A DNA stretch of 64,000 nt from an uncultured Gemmatimonadaceae bacterium (GCA_963740355.1 CAVUDW010000003.1:1888001-1952000); one strand, 5' to 3'; counted from the stretch's first letter, positions 9,840-21,076 are shown. Notes: generated by a model from the sequence alone, not told the origin. Numbers and translations are program-made.

Positions 9840-12800
9840 ATGGCTGATCAGCCGCAGCGGCTCCGGCTGCGCACATTCGGTGGCCTGAGTCTCGACCGCG
9901 CCGGTTCGCCGATCGGTGGGGCGGGACAGCAGCCTCGCCGACTCGCGATTCTCGCACTCCTCGCCGCCGCTGGCGCCGGTGGCATGACGCGGGCGCGGCT
10001 ACTGGGATTGCTGTGGCCGGAGACGGATGAAGAGCGCGGGCGTCAGGCGCTCTCACAGGCGCTCTACGCGTTGCGCCGCGACTCGGGCGGTCAGTCGCTG
10101 GTGAAGGGGGCTTCGGAGATCCTTCGTCTCGATCCGGCCGTGATCTCGAGCGACGTCGGCGACTTGCTTGACGCAGCGAGTGCGGCCGACCATGTGCGCA
10201 TGGCAGCGTGTTATGTCGGCACGTTTCTCGACGGCGTGTACCTCACCGGCGCGCTGGGATTCGAGCGATGGGTTGAGGATACCCGCGCCAGGTTCGCCGC
10301 CCTCGCCGCTCGCGCGTTCGAGGCACTGGCGACCATTTCCGATGCCGCAGGGGATTACGCCGCGGCCGCCGGGTGGTGGCAGCGACTCACCGAGGTCGAC
10401 GCCCTGCAGACGCGCGCCGTGCTTGGGCTGGTGGCCGCACTGATCGCCAACGGAGAACGCGGCGCCGCGCTCGGCTACGCCGAGCGGTTCGCCAGACGCG
10501 TGCGAGAAGACACCGAGCGTGACGCCAATCCGGCCGTTGGAACTGTGATCCGACAACTGCGATCGGAACTGCAAATGGCCACGGAAATGACGGCGATTCC
10601 CGACGCCGAGCGTGTCGGATTCGAGAGCCGATATGTCCTCGGTCGTGAACTTGGTCGCGGCGGAATGGCGATCGTGTTCCTCGCACGCGACGTCCGACAT
10701 GACCGTGACGTGGCGGTGAAAATGTTGCACCCGGATGTTGCAGAAGCCCTGGGACGCGAGCGACTCGCGCGCGAGATCCGTGTCACCGCCGGGCTCCGGC
10801 ACCCGCACATCCTCCCGCTGTTCGATTCCGGTGAGATCGACGGAACTCCATACTTCGTCATGCCTTTTGTGGAGGGCGAGACACTCCGGGCAAGGCTCTC
10901 CCGAGATCACCGGATGTCGATCGACGACGCTGCCCGGCTTTGCCGCGAAGTGGCCGATGCGCTGGCACACGCACACGCGCGTGGCGTCGTGCATCGCGAC
11001 ATCAAGCCGGAGAACATCATGATCAGCGATGGTCATGCCATCATATGCGACTTCGGGATCGCACGGCTGTTGACGGATGCGGCACAGCCGCTGCTGACAC
11101 AAGTCGGCCTCTCGGCGGGAACGCCGGCGTACATGAGCCCCGAGCAATTCAGCGAGGATGCCGAGGTCGATGGCCACAGTGACGTCTATTCGCTGGCGTG
11201 CGTGATGTTCGAGATGCTTACCGGCCGGCCACCGTGGATCGCGGCCGCAGGTGAAGCATCGCGGCAGAAGCGGTTGGCCGAGACGCCGCCTCTCGTCACG
11301 GCGCTTCGCCCCGACGTGCCGTCGCGCATCGCAACACTGCTCGCGCGGGCGCTCCATCCCGAGCCGACTGAGCGCGGCGTCGATGCGATCGCATTCGCCG
11401 AGGCCCTCACCGGCGCGCTCCCGATCGCAGCAGAACCGTCCGTTGCCTCATTGCCGGAACCTCCCGGCGTGCTGGTGGGACGCGAGCGTGAACTCGCAGC
11501 GGCACGAGCGCTCATCACGCGACCTGACCTCCGCGTGCTGACGGTGACGGGCTCCGGTGGCGCGGGAAAGACGCGCGTCGCGCTTCGGCTGGCGCGTGAT
11601 CTGTCGACACATTTCGGCGGGGGTGTCCGCTTCGTCGATCTCTCCGCCGTGCGCGAGGCCGACGCGGTACTGCCGGCGATTGCAGCGTCACTCAACGCCC
11701 GTGAAGGCGAAGGGCGCTCGGCACTTGACGCGATCGTGCAGACAGTCGCGACACGACACATGCTTCTGCTGCTCGACAACTTCGAGCAGGTGATTGCGGG
11801 CGCACCGGCGCTCGCGCCGTTGCTCAGCCGATGTCCGCGACTGTCGCTGCTCGTCACCAGCCGAATCAGGCTTCGCATCAGAGGCGAGCACGAGTTCTTT
11901 CTATCGCCGCTTGCGCTGCCCGGTGCGGGCGTCAGGGCTGCGGCGGTGCTTCGCGAGAGTCCAGCGGTCGATCTTTTCCTCACGGTCGCGCGCGCGTCGA
12001 ATCCCACATTCGATCCCGACGATTCCGCGCTCGGTGTGATTGCGGACATCTGCACGAGGCTCGACGGTCTTCCGCTTGCGATCGAACTGGCAGCATCGCG
12101 ATGCCGTCTGTTGTCTCCTCGAGCCATCATCGCGCGGATGGACCGACGCTTCGACCTGCTTGTCGGTGGCGCGCGAGACCTCCCGTCGCGTCAGCAGACA
12201 CTGCGCAGCGCGATCGCATGGGGATACGACCTCCTGAGCGACGACGAACGGCTTGCACTCCGTGGGCTCTCGGTTTTCGCCGGCGGTGCAGCGCTCGACG
12301 ACGCGATGGCAGTGCTCGACCTCCCGGATGCACTGTTCCTCGAGACGGTCCAGTCGCTTGTCGACGCGTCCCTCATCAGGCGCGCCGAGGATCCAGACGG
12401 CGGAACGCGATTCGTGTTGCTCGAGAGTATCCGTGAGTTCTGTGTGGAGTTGAGTGTAGCGAGCGGCGAGGACCGTCGACTGCAAGAGCGGCACCTCGAA
12501 GTCTTCGCATCGCTTGCGACGTCACTGCCGGCCGCGATCGAGAGCGCGGATTCGACTCGCGCCCTCGCCCGCTTCGACCAGGAACGCGAGAATCTTCGGG
12601 CGGCACTCGACTACGCCGACCGCGCAGGGCACGAGGCCAGCTTTGCCCGGATGACGCTATGCTTGTGGCGCGCATGGTTGGTGCGCGGCGAGTGGGCAGA
12701 CGCACGGCGGCGATTGGCGCGCGCGATGCAGCTGTCCACCGTGACTGGCACCACGATCCACGCGGAACTGCTCAGCGCGGACGTGACGATAGCACAGAAC

Positions 12801-13631
12801 CAGGGCGAGTGCCTTACCGCTTTCGAATCGGCACAGCGCGCACTCGAGCTCTGGCGTCGTGCGGATGATCACGCAGGTGTGGCGCGGACCCTGGGCGTGA
12901 TGGGCTGGCTGGGATGGCGCCTCGGCGAATTCGCGGAGGCACGCCGCACGTCGGAGGAGAGCCTTGCGCTGCATCGTCGGCTTGGCGACTCCCGCGGCAT
13001 TGCCTTGGCGCTGTCGAACCTCGGCTGGATTGACCTCTCCCAGGGCAACGCGAGTGCAGCGGTGGTCTCGCTGGAGGAGAGTCTTGCTCGCCGTCGCCAG
13101 CTCCACGACGCACGCAATGTCGCCTTTACGCTGACCGTGCTCGGTTGGGCACGTTTGCGCAATCGGGAGCCCGCTCTCGCCGGCGTGATCCTGTCGGAGG
13201 CATGCACGATGTTCAACGAGCTCGGTGAGCGTCAGCTGCTGGCGTTCAACGTGTGCATCCGCGCCGAACGCGAATTCGTCTTGGGCAACGGCGCCGCAGC
13301 GCACCACCTGCTCTCATCGGACGCAATTCCTCAATTCAGGAAGATCGGCGACCGCTGGGGCCTGGCCTTCGCACTGGGAATCCTGACGGATGTGTTGGCC
13401 GCTCTCGGACGCCACGACGAGGCGCATGCCGCGCTAGCCGAATGCCGCACGATTTGCGAAGCCATCGGTGATCGCCTTGGCATGATGCACGCCGACACAC
13501 GCAAAGCCAGACGGCTGCGGCTGCAGGGCGATGAGCTCGACGTTCACCAGCAGCTGGCAAGCCGAATACAGGCCGAGGCACTCGCGATGGGCGTCCCGGA
13601 TCCATTCGGGGCTGACCGCACGCTTCCGTGA
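9840..13631 (+). CDS. wHTH/BTAD + Ser/Thr kinase + STAND NTPase + TPR multidomain regulator
   Basis: LLWPE..AL..LRR wHTH; GRGGMA, VAVK, HRDIKPEN, DFG, SPE; GSGGAGKT, LLLLDNFE, GLPLAI; C-terminal TPR helices. Confidence 0.93.
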   Translation: MADQPQRLRLRTFGGLSLDRAGSPIGGAGQQPRRLAILALLAAAGAGGMTRARLLGLLWPETDEERGRQALSQALYALRRDSGGQSLVKGASEILRLDPAVISSDVGDLLDAASAADHVRMAACYVGTFLDGVYLTGALGFERWVEDTRARFAALAARAFEALATISDAAGDYAAAAGWWQRLTEVDALQTRAVLGLVAALIANGERGAALGYAERFARRVREDTERDANPAVGTVIRQLRSELQMATEMTAIPDAERVGFESRYVLGRELGRGGMAIVFLARDVRHDRDVAVKMLHPDVAEALGRERLAREIRVTAGLRHPHILPLFDSGEIDGTPYFVMPFVEGETLRARLSRDHRMSIDDAARLCREVADALAHAHARGVVHRDIKPENIMISDGHAIICDFGIARLLTDAAQPLLTQVGLSAGTPAYMSPEQFSEDAEVDGHSDVYSLACVMFEMLTGRPPWIAAAGEASRQKRLAETPPLVTALRPDVPSRIATLLARALHPEPTERGVDAIAFAEALTGALPIAAEPSVASLPEPPGVLVGRERELAAARALITRPDLRVLTVTGSGGAGKTRVALRLARDLSTHFGGGVRFVDLSAVREADAVLPAIAASLNAREGEGRSALDAIVQTVATRHMLLLLDNFEQVIAGAPALAPLLSRCPRLSLLVTSRIRLRIRGEHEFFLSPLALPGAGVRAAAVLRESPAVDLFLTVARASNPTFDPDDSALGVIADICTRLDGLPLAIELAASRCRLLSPRAIIARMDRRFDLLVGGARDLPSRQQTLRSAIAWGYDLLSDDERLALRGLSVFAGGAALDDAMAVLDLPDALFLETVQSLVDASLIRRAEDPDGGTRFVLLESIREFCVELSVASGEDRRLQERHLEVFASLATSLPAAIESADSTRALARFDQERENLRAALDYADRAGHEASFARMTLCLWRAWLVRGEWADARRRLARAMQLSTVTGTTIHAELLSADVTIAQNQGECLTAFESAQRALELWRRADDHAGVARTLGVMGWLGWRLGEFAEARRTSEESLALHRRLGDSRGIALALSNLGWIDLSQGNASAAVVSLEESLARRRQLHDARNVAFTLTVLGWARLRNREPALAGVILSEACTMFNELGERQLLAFNVCIRAEREFVLGNGAAAHHLLSSDAIPQFRKIGDRWGLAFALGILTDVLAALGRHDEAHAALAECRTICEAIGDRLGMMHADTRKARRLRLQGDELDVHQQLASRIQAEALAMGVPDPFGADRTLP

Positions 13632-13748
13632 GTGTGCGAGAGTAGCAAGTCGGTGACGGTACACCGAATTCGGGGAGCGCGAAAACGGGGTACGTCCCCA
13701 TAAATCGCCCCCTGAGCCCAAGGAGCCCGTGCCCATGGGTCGTCGCAC

Positions 13749-13776
13749 TTGACGCATTCCGTTATGGGAATATGTT
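13749..13776 (+). promoter_or_regulatory. sigma70-like promoter with overlapping ArsR-type inverted repeat
   Basis: TTGACG-N16-TATGTT overlapping ATTCC-GTTATG-GGAAT; ATG only 8 nt after the -10 element. Confidence 0.55.
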
Positions 13777-13784
13777 TCCGCCAC

Positions 13785-14120
13785 ATGCCACGCGCTGCCA
13801 CGACTTCCGACCCGTTCAACGCCATCGCCGAGCCTCGCCGACGTGCGCTTCTCACGCTGTTGGCCGATGCCGAGCGGCCTGTGGCTGAGATCGCCGATGA
13901 GTTGGGCATGGCACAGCCGTCTGTCTCAAAGCACCTGCGCGTGCTGCTCGACGTGGGGCTGGTCGAGGTGCGCAGGGAGGGGCGGCACGCCTACTACCGC
14001 ACCAATCCTGAACGGATCAAGGCCGTGCACGACTGGACACGCACGTTCGAGCAGTACTGGCAGCACCAGCTGTCGCGCATCAAGACGCGTGCAGAACGCA
14101 CTCCCTCCCCGAAGACCTGA
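13785..14120 (+). CDS. ArsR/SmtB family transcriptional regulator
   Basis: FNAIAEPRRR..L, QPSVSKHLRVL..VGLV..RREGR. Confidence 0.93.
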   Translation: MPRAATTSDPFNAIAEPRRRALLTLLADAERPVAEIADELGMAQPSVSKHLRVLLDVGLVEVRREGRHAYYRTNPERIKAVHDWTRTFEQYWQHQLSRIKTRAERTPSPKT

Positions 14121-14141
14121 CGCATTCCCGGAGATTCCAGC

Positions 14142-14594
14142 ATGGTCAGCATCGCTTCACCACTCGATGAGCTCACCCTCGACGTCTCGCTCGAAACACG
14201 CGTTGCCGCCTCGATCGACGACACCTTCTCCGCCCTGCTCGAGGAGCTCGGCCCGCACAATGTCGGCATGAGCCAGGCGCCGATGCCGATGGTGCTCGAA
14301 GCACACCCCGGTGGCCGGTGGTATCGCGACCTCGGTGACGGGAATGGGCACTGTTGGGGCATCGTCCAGGCGATCCGGCGACCCGCGCTGCTCGAGATCA
14401 ACGGCCCGCTGATGATGTCGTTCGCGGTCGCGTCGAACGTGCAGTACCGCCTCAAGAGCGATGGCAGCGAGACCGTGATCTCATTCCGACACACGGCGCT
14501 TGGCCTCTTTCCTGACGGCTACCGCGAAAACCTCACCGCTGGATGGACTGCCATTGGCGAGCGAGTGCAGAAGCGCGTCTCGAGCGATCGCTGA
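14142..14594 (+). CDS. SRPBCC (AHSA1-like) domain protein
   Basis: LEAHPGGRWYRD, C-terminal GW helix; typical ArsR-SRPBCC pairing. Confidence 0.85.
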   Translation: MVSIASPLDELTLDVSLETRVAASIDDTFSALLEELGPHNVGMSQAPMPMVLEAHPGGRWYRDLGDGNGHCWGIVQAIRRPALLEINGPLMMSFAVASNVQYRLKSDGSETVISFRHTALGLFPDGYRENLTAGWTAIGERVQKRVSSDR

Positions 14595-14617
14595 TCACCC
14601 CTCAAACGCATTCCTCC

Positions 14618-15115
14618 ATGTCAATCGCACAGACGATCATTCAGGAGCTCGAGATGGAAGCGGCAACGACACGCCGCGTCCTGGAGCGTGTGCCCGAGGA
14701 GAACTTCGCATGGGCACCCCATGCGAAGTCGCGCACGCTGGGCGAGCTGGCCATGCACATCGCCGGCAACCCGGGCGGCGTGATGACCCTCGCGTCGCAG
14801 AATCCCGCAGAGATCCCTGGTTTCGGTGATGTCACGCCGCATTCCACCGCTGAAATCGTGGCAACCCTCGACGCGAGCGTCGCGGAGGCACGCCGCCTGC
14901 TCGAAGGCATGTCCGATGCGCAGCTCACGGAACAGTGGCGCGTGGTCGCCAACGGCAGGGAGATCATGGCCGTGCCGCGCATGGCGTTCCTTCGCTCGGT
15001 GCTCCTGAACCACTGGTATCACCATCGTGGGCAGCTCTCGGTGTACCTGCGCGAGCTCGACGTGCCAGTGCCGTCGATCTACGGACCGAGCGCGGACGAG
15101 AATCCGTTTCAGTGA
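14618..15115 (+). CDS. DinB family protein
   Basis: ELAMHI and NHWYHHRGQLSVYLR..PVPSIYGPSADE. Confidence 0.92.
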   Translation: MSIAQTIIQELEMEAATTRRVLERVPEENFAWAPHAKSRTLGELAMHIAGNPGGVMTLASQNPAEIPGFGDVTPHSTAEIVATLDASVAEARRLLEGMSDAQLTEQWRVVANGREIMAVPRMAFLRSVLLNHWYHHRGQLSVYLRELDVPVPSIYGPSADENPFQ

Positions 15116-15209
15116 AGTGATTCGCGGTTGGCGCAGGCGTGCGGTCGCTGGCGGCCGTGCCATCCGCCGCTGTCGCTCGGGGAGGTCGCTCAGGGTCGGC
15201 GGCGTTAAG

Positions 15210-15264
15210 GCGGTGACAGTGCCTGGGGAAGAGCGGTGACAGTGCCTGAGTGCACTGTCACCGC
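15210..15264. repeat. REP-like cluster (two direct copies plus one inverted copy)
   Basis: GCGGTGACAGTGCCTG at 15210 and 15233, inverted GCACTGTCACCGC at 15252-15264. Confidence 0.75.
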
Positions 15265-15406
15265 TTCTGCTTTCCACGCTTTCGGCCGGCGACTCACACA
15301 CCATGGCGGCACCAGCCCCCTGGGGCAGAGAGGTCAGCCGCTTCATTCAATCCCGAGGGACCCGACCCGCCGAACTTCTCGTCATCACCCTTCAGCGAGG
15401 TCACAG

Positions 15407-16012
15407 ATGATGAAGCGACTGGTCGTACTCGGGATCCTGATGGCGAGTGTCACGCAACCGACCGCGGCGCAGCGCCGTGACCGCACCATGGTGGCGGGTA
15501 TCCGATCGGGATTGATCGCCGGGTCCATGCGGCTCTCCCGGCTCGATGCGGCCTTTGGCGACCTGGCGAACGACGGGCCCTCGGGACCGCACATGTCCGG
15601 CTTCTACCTGCTCGTGCCGGTGCGCTCACACCTGCGGATTGGCGTCGAAACACTGGTGGGCAATTCCAATCAGGAGGCCACCACGACCATGAACTATCAG
15701 GCAGCCGGACCAGTGGTGGAGCTGACCTATGGCGACACATGGTTCGTCGCCGGTGGTGTTCACGCCGGCGGCGTCATCGTCAACGCGATGTCGCGTACCG
15801 AAGCCACGCCGACGTCCGGAGCCACCCGCGGCTCGTACTTCAAGGCCAACGGCGGGTTCGCCGCTCCGTACGCGGATGTGGGGTATCGCCTTCGGCGCGG
15901 CGAGGTGGGTGTGTATGTCAAACGCGCTGCGATGTTCGGCGCGAAGGATCGCGGTGGTCTTTCGCCGTTCAGCGCGACATTCGTCGGCGTACGGTTTGGA
16001 ATCCGACTGTAG
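15407..16012 (+). CDS. hypothetical secreted / outer-membrane beta-barrel protein
   Basis: Signal peptide, alternating beta strands, ends VGVRFGIRL. Confidence 0.7.
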   Translation: MMKRLVVLGILMASVTQPTAAQRRDRTMVAGIRSGLIAGSMRLSRLDAAFGDLANDGPSGPHMSGFYLLVPVRSHLRIGVETLVGNSNQEATTTMNYQAAGPVVELTYGDTWFVAGGVHAGGVIVNAMSRTEATPTSGATRGSYFKANGGFAAPYADVGYRLRRGEVGVYVKRAAMFGAKDRGGLSPFSATFVGVRFGIRL

Positions 16013-16025
16013 AGACCTCCCGACC

Positions 16026-17045
16026 ATGAAATGGATTCGTCGCTCCATCATCGCGGTGCTCCTGCTGACGGCAATCGGAGTTGGCGCCGCGTACCGCAGT
16101 GCGCTTCGATCGACGCGCCCCGTTGGCTTCCAGGTGCTGCGCACCACGGACGCAACCGGTCAGCCGTTCCCAATCGGCGTCTGGTACCCGACCGACGCGC
16201 GACCGTGGCCTACGACGCAAGTGGGGAACGTGCTGATGAACGTGGCGCGCAACGCGACGGTGGCGGGAGATTCCCTGCCGTTGGTGGTGTTCTCGCATGG
16301 AAACGGTGGGAGCCTTGCCAGTCACGCCGACCTCGCGATGGCCCTCGCCGGCGCCGGGTATGTCGTCGCTGCACCGATGCATGTGGGTGACAATTTCGCT
16401 GACCACGCACGCACAGGACGGGCGACGTTGTTTCACGAACGCGCCAGCCAACTGCGCGCGGCCGTCACCGCCATGCTGACGCAGTGGCCAGGGCACGAGC
16501 ACATCGATGGCACGCGCATCGGCGCCTTCGGATTCTCGGCAGGTGGCTTCGCCGTGCTTGGCATGGCAGGCGCGCAACCGGATCTGCGCCGCGTGGCCAC
16601 GCACTGTGCAACCAGACCGGAGTTCATCTGTCAGGTGCTGCGTGCGTCGGGCTCTCCACTCGTCAATGGCTCCGGCCCTCCGACCCTGCCACCATTCGAG
16701 CCGGACCGGCGCGTGCGCGCCATCGTGCTCGCGGCGCCCGGCCTTGGTTTCACAGTGGACTCCGCGGCCGCGCGCGGCGTGACGGTGCCTGTCCAGCTCT
16801 GGAGTGGTCGCGCCGATGAATCTGTGCCATTCGCGACCAACGCGCAGCCACTCAGCCTCGCACTAGGTCAGCGCGTGGAGCTCCATCAGGTGCCACACGC
16901 GACTCACCTGTCGTTTCTCGTGCCATGCGGATTATTGCGGCCGCCTGGACTCTGCGATGATCCAGACGGATTTGATCGGCGCGCGTTTCACGAGATGATG
17001 AACGAAAGCGTGGTCGCCTTCTTCAACGCACACCTTGGTCGTTGA
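16026..17045 (+). CDS. alpha/beta hydrolase (dienelactone hydrolase/PAF-AH-like)
   Basis: WYP, PLVVFSHGNGG, GFSAGG, ATHLSF. Confidence 0.85.
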   Translation: MKWIRRSIIAVLLLTAIGVGAAYRSALRSTRPVGFQVLRTTDATGQPFPIGVWYPTDARPWPTTQVGNVLMNVARNATVAGDSLPLVVFSHGNGGSLASHADLAMALAGAGYVVAAPMHVGDNFADHARTGRATLFHERASQLRAAVTAMLTQWPGHEHIDGTRIGAFGFSAGGFAVLGMAGAQPDLRRVATHCATRPEFICQVLRASGSPLVNGSGPPTLPPFEPDRRVRAIVLAAPGLGFTVDSAAARGVTVPVQLWSGRADESVPFATNAQPLSLALGQRVELHQVPHATHLSFLVPCGLLRPPGLCDDPDGFDRRAFHEMMNESVVAFFNAHLGR

Positions 17046-17057
17046 GGATTCCTCGGC

Positions 17058-17489
17058 TCATTGCTGGCTCGGCCGCAACGCGACTCGCCGCCGCCACACG
17101 AGGATCGCGAGGTAAACCGGTGCCGCCATGTCATAGGCGCCGCACCAGACGGGCCACCATGACGGCACGCCGGGATTCGATACGATCCCGTCATGGAAGA
17201 CGTCCATGACCCCGTGGGCGGCGAGGCCAGCCATCACGATCCGGAGGTCGCGTCGATAGCCCCAGGCGGAGAATGCCGCGAATCCCGCGAAGATGAGCAG
17301 CTCGGGGCCAAGCGCCGAGTACGCTCCTGACATGACGGCAAACAGGATGTAGTACGACGCGATGACCACCAAGGCCGTCGGGTAGAATGCGCGCTCCCGA
17401 TCCAGCCCGGTCATCGTGCCATAAATCCCGACTGCCAAGGCGCACGCGACGCCGATGAGAGAGGCAATCACGTCCGAGCATACCTTCAC
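17058..17489 (-). CDS. hypothetical membrane protein
   Basis: Four hydrophobic helices, HG..D.FH...NPGVP.WWP.WC; start uncertain. Confidence 0.75.
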   Translation of the reverse strand: MKVCSDVIASLIGVACALAVGIYGTMTGLDRERAFYPTALVVIASYYILFAVMSGAYSALGPELLIFAGFAAFSAWGYRRDLRIVMAGLAAHGVMDVFHDGIVSNPGVPSWWPVWCGAYDMAAPVYLAILVWRRRVALRPSQQ

Positions 17490-17522
17490 CGAGTCCGCCA
17501 GACAACCCGGTGTTGTTACCGA

Positions 17523-20500
17523 TCAGGGCATCGCCGCGATCGCCGCCTCGATCCGCCGCGCGAATGCGATCGGCTGAATCTCCTTCCCTTCGAACATCCA
17601 CTGGTTCAGCACCGCCACCGTGCGCGTCTTCGGAAACACGAAGACATACTGGCCACCGTACCCCCAGCCGAAGTAGGCGCCGGGATCCTGCAGCACGCCG
17701 GGGCCGACGGTCCACCACATCAAGCCGTAGTTGATTCTGGCGGGCGGTTGCCCCGGCGTCGCCGGCCGCTGGCCACGCACGGCGTCCGCCACCCACTCCG
17801 CGCTCACGAGTCGCGTGCCGTTCCACAGCCCTTGATCGAGCATCAGCTGGCCAAGTTTTGCGAGGTCGGCGGGCTCGAGGTAGAGCCCCCCTTCGGAATC
17901 GGTCAGTCCACCCGATGATCGCTTCCACTGAAAGCGGGTGATGCCGAGCGGTGCGAACAGGTGCTGCGCGGCATACACCTGCAGGTCCACGCCGGTGGCT
18001 CCGCGGAACACCTCGGCCAGCAATGCGGCGGCACCATCGTTGTAGTGGTACGTACGCGCCTGGAACGGTGTCCATCGGCTGCGCGAGCACCATCGAGACC
18101 CAGTCGGCGCTGTTCTCCATGCGCTGCGTGATGTCGTCGTCACTGCCATACCCGCCGCCCTCGGGCCAGCGGATGCCGGACGTCATCGTCAGCAGATGGC
18201 GAATGGTGATCGTCTTCCGCAGCGAATCGCGGAAGGCGTCAGCGTGCGCCGGGATGAACCGCGCGATCGGCTGATCGATCGTGGTGATGTCCTTGCGCGC
18301 GAGGGCCACGCCGTAGACCAGGGAGACGATGCTCTTGGTCACCGATTGCAATGTGTGGAGCGGGCGTCCCTGATAGAACGGATGCCAGCTCGGGTCCTGG
18401 TAGTTGTACGCGCCTGGCGGCGCCTTCATCGGATACACGCCGTCGTAGTTGCGCGCGAAGGTGCGCGAGTGCAACGGCATCCCATTGCGTTGCACAAAGA
18501 GTGCATCGACGTAGCCGAAGTCGCCGCGTGCCATGGAGTCGGCAAGCGCCGTCAGTGCCGGTGATGGAACGGCCGGCGCGGGCGCCACGCAACAGGCGGC
18601 ATCGCGCTGCCGGGCAAACCAGTCCGTGATGTAGGCCACCTTCGCGATGTGGTGACTGGGCCGACTGCGTGCCCCATGCGGTTCGCCGGGCAGGCGCACC
18701 AGTTCCGTGGGAACGCCTCGCAGGCGCAGGGCCGTGAACCACTCCTCGGATTGCCCGAATGGCGTGCGATAGTCGCCGTCGCCACCCATCACCAACGTTG
18801 GCGTCTGCACACTGGCGACGCGCGACAGCGGCGACTGCGCCCAGTAGTGCGTCGGGTTCTCCCACGGTGCGCCGCGCAGCCAGTGCCCCTGAAAGTGTGA
18901 GCCGTTGTCGGCCGTCAGCACCTCACTGGTCCAGTCGATGACGGGATAGAGCACCGCTGCGGCGCGGAAGCGATTGGTGCGCGCTGTCAGCCACGCCGTC
19001 AGCAGTCCGCCGCCGCTGCCTCCCGTGACGTACAGTTGCGCCGGATCCGCCAGGCCGCGCGCCACGACTGAATCGACCGCCGTCAGCAGGTCATCTGCGT
19101 CGTCACCGGGATACGTCTTGTCGATCATCCGTGCGAACGCTTCGCCGTAACTGGTGGAGCCGCGAGGATTGACGTAGAGCACCACGTATCCCTGCGCGGC
19201 CATCCACTGCTTCTCGATGTCGAAACGATCGCCGTAGGCGGCGAAGGGGCCGCCGTGAATCTCGAGGATCATCGGATACTTCTTGCCCGATGTGTAGCCG
19301 GGTGGCGTGATGATCCACGACTGGAATCGCTGGCCGTCCTTCGACGACGCCGCCCAGAACGACGAGACCTGCCCGACCTGGCGTTCGGCAAGGACGTCGT
19401 CGTTGACGGCCGTCAACCGCTTCGCCGGTGCACCTGCCGCGGCAGCGAACCAGACGTCGCCCGGTGACGTTGGCGACCCTCGCGTGAGCGCGAGAGCACC
19501 GCTGGGGCTCTGCGAATATGCCTGCCCGCCACCGTACGCTTCGAGATCGCTGGCGAGCGAGTCAGCCATCAACGCCGTTGTACCATCGAGCGTGATGCGC
19601 CACAGTCCGGCGCGACCTTCACGATCGGCAAGGAGCAGCAGACCACTGCCGTCGGGGAGCCAGGCCGGGTTCTCGGTGGCGGCGTCAAACTTTGCCGACA
19701 GCAGCCGCGGTTTCGCATCGCCGCTGCGCGGGATCAACCAGAGCCGTGGTTGCGTCCACGCGTGCCCGGAATCCGCGACGCTGACGAATGCGAGCCACTT
19801 GCCGTCGGGTGAGATGGCGGGCGAGCGATTCGTCCCGCGCCGACGGAACAGTGGCGTCACGACACCATCGGCGACACGCACCTCGAACAGGTCAGACGAG
19901 CGTGACGTCAGATCTGGTGACGGATTGCCGTTCGCCGTAACGATGAGCGCAGCGCCGTCAGGCGTCCAGATGCCAGGCGTCGCGCCATACGCACGTCCGT
20001 ACTGCAGCGCGCCGCCGGAGGTGATCTGTCGCGCCGTGCCACCGGTTGAGGGCATGACGAACAGTTCAGCGCGACCGGCCGGCAGCAGTCCCACGCCATC
20101 GCTGCGGTACCGCACATCGGCTGCCACCACCGCGGGTGGTGCCCACGTCGCTCCGGCTGGCGCCGCTGGCATTCCCGCCGGTACGTGCGACGGCGCCGCG
20201 ACGAGCATCGCAAACGCGATCCGCGATCCATCGCGCGAGAGCGCGAACCACTCCGGTGTCGATGGCAGCTTCGCCAGCCGCACCGTCTGCTCGCTGCCCA
20301 CATCGCGACGGAACAGTTGCGTCGTGCCATCCACGCTCGATAGGTAGATGACGGCATCGCCGGCCGGCGTCCACTGCGGCGCTCGATCATTCCCGTCGCC
20401 CGCGGTCAGGCGTCGATGCATCGATCCATCCGCGTTCACCATCCAGAGCTGCGTCACCTCACGGTCGCGCATGATGTCGAAGCTCTTGCGCACGTACACC

Positions 20501-20772
20501 ACGTGCTTCCCGTCCGGCGAGAGTTGCGGGTCACTCACGGTCTCGAGGCGGAAGAGATCGAGCGGCGCCAACGGTGTTGTCACGTGACGCGCCACCGTCG
20601 CCGCCTGCGCCGCAGCGCTTCGGGTGTCGTCGAGCCGGTCCAGTTGCGTGAGGTACGCGGCACGCGCGAGGGGTGACGCTGTGCTGAGCGTGTCGGTCTC
20701 GCGCCCCTGAGCGGCGATCCGGTCAGGATCGGAGAGTGCGGCGAGAAGTCCCAGCGCGAGGAATCGGTTCAT
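17523..20772 (-). pseudogene. S9 family peptidase fused to a serine beta-lactamase-family domain, frameshifted near 18050-18060
   Basis: Propeller, IHGGP, GGSGG, D.RTP, EPHG; then SVTK (SxxK); ...MDTVPG continues in another frame as YHYNDG..WGYGGQ to stop 17523. Confidence 0.8.
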
Positions 20773-21076
20773 TGGTCGTGGACTCGGTAGGCGGCGGAAG
20801 GGATGCAGAATCTGTCACCGCGCAAGGGACAGCGGCATGCCCAGTATCGCCCGTGCGTCGGCGGGTGTCGCGACGGCGCGATTGCGTTCGTATGCGTGAA
20901 GCACGGCACGTGCAGCCGGCTGCGCGTTTCTCTCGGCCAGTTCGCCACTGCCCCGCTGGCGCCGTCTCTCACGCTGTTGGTCAGGCATCGGGAAGTCCGG
21001 CAACCGCGTGCCGGACATTCATCCTTAATCGCTCGATGAGATCGCGACGTCCGTTGAACGCCGTCCGACGTCCTGG

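Noticed and set aside
18040..18065. Programmed ribosomal frameshift in the S9 fusion
   Set aside because: No slippery heptamer is present; a simple indel or sequencing error is more likely.
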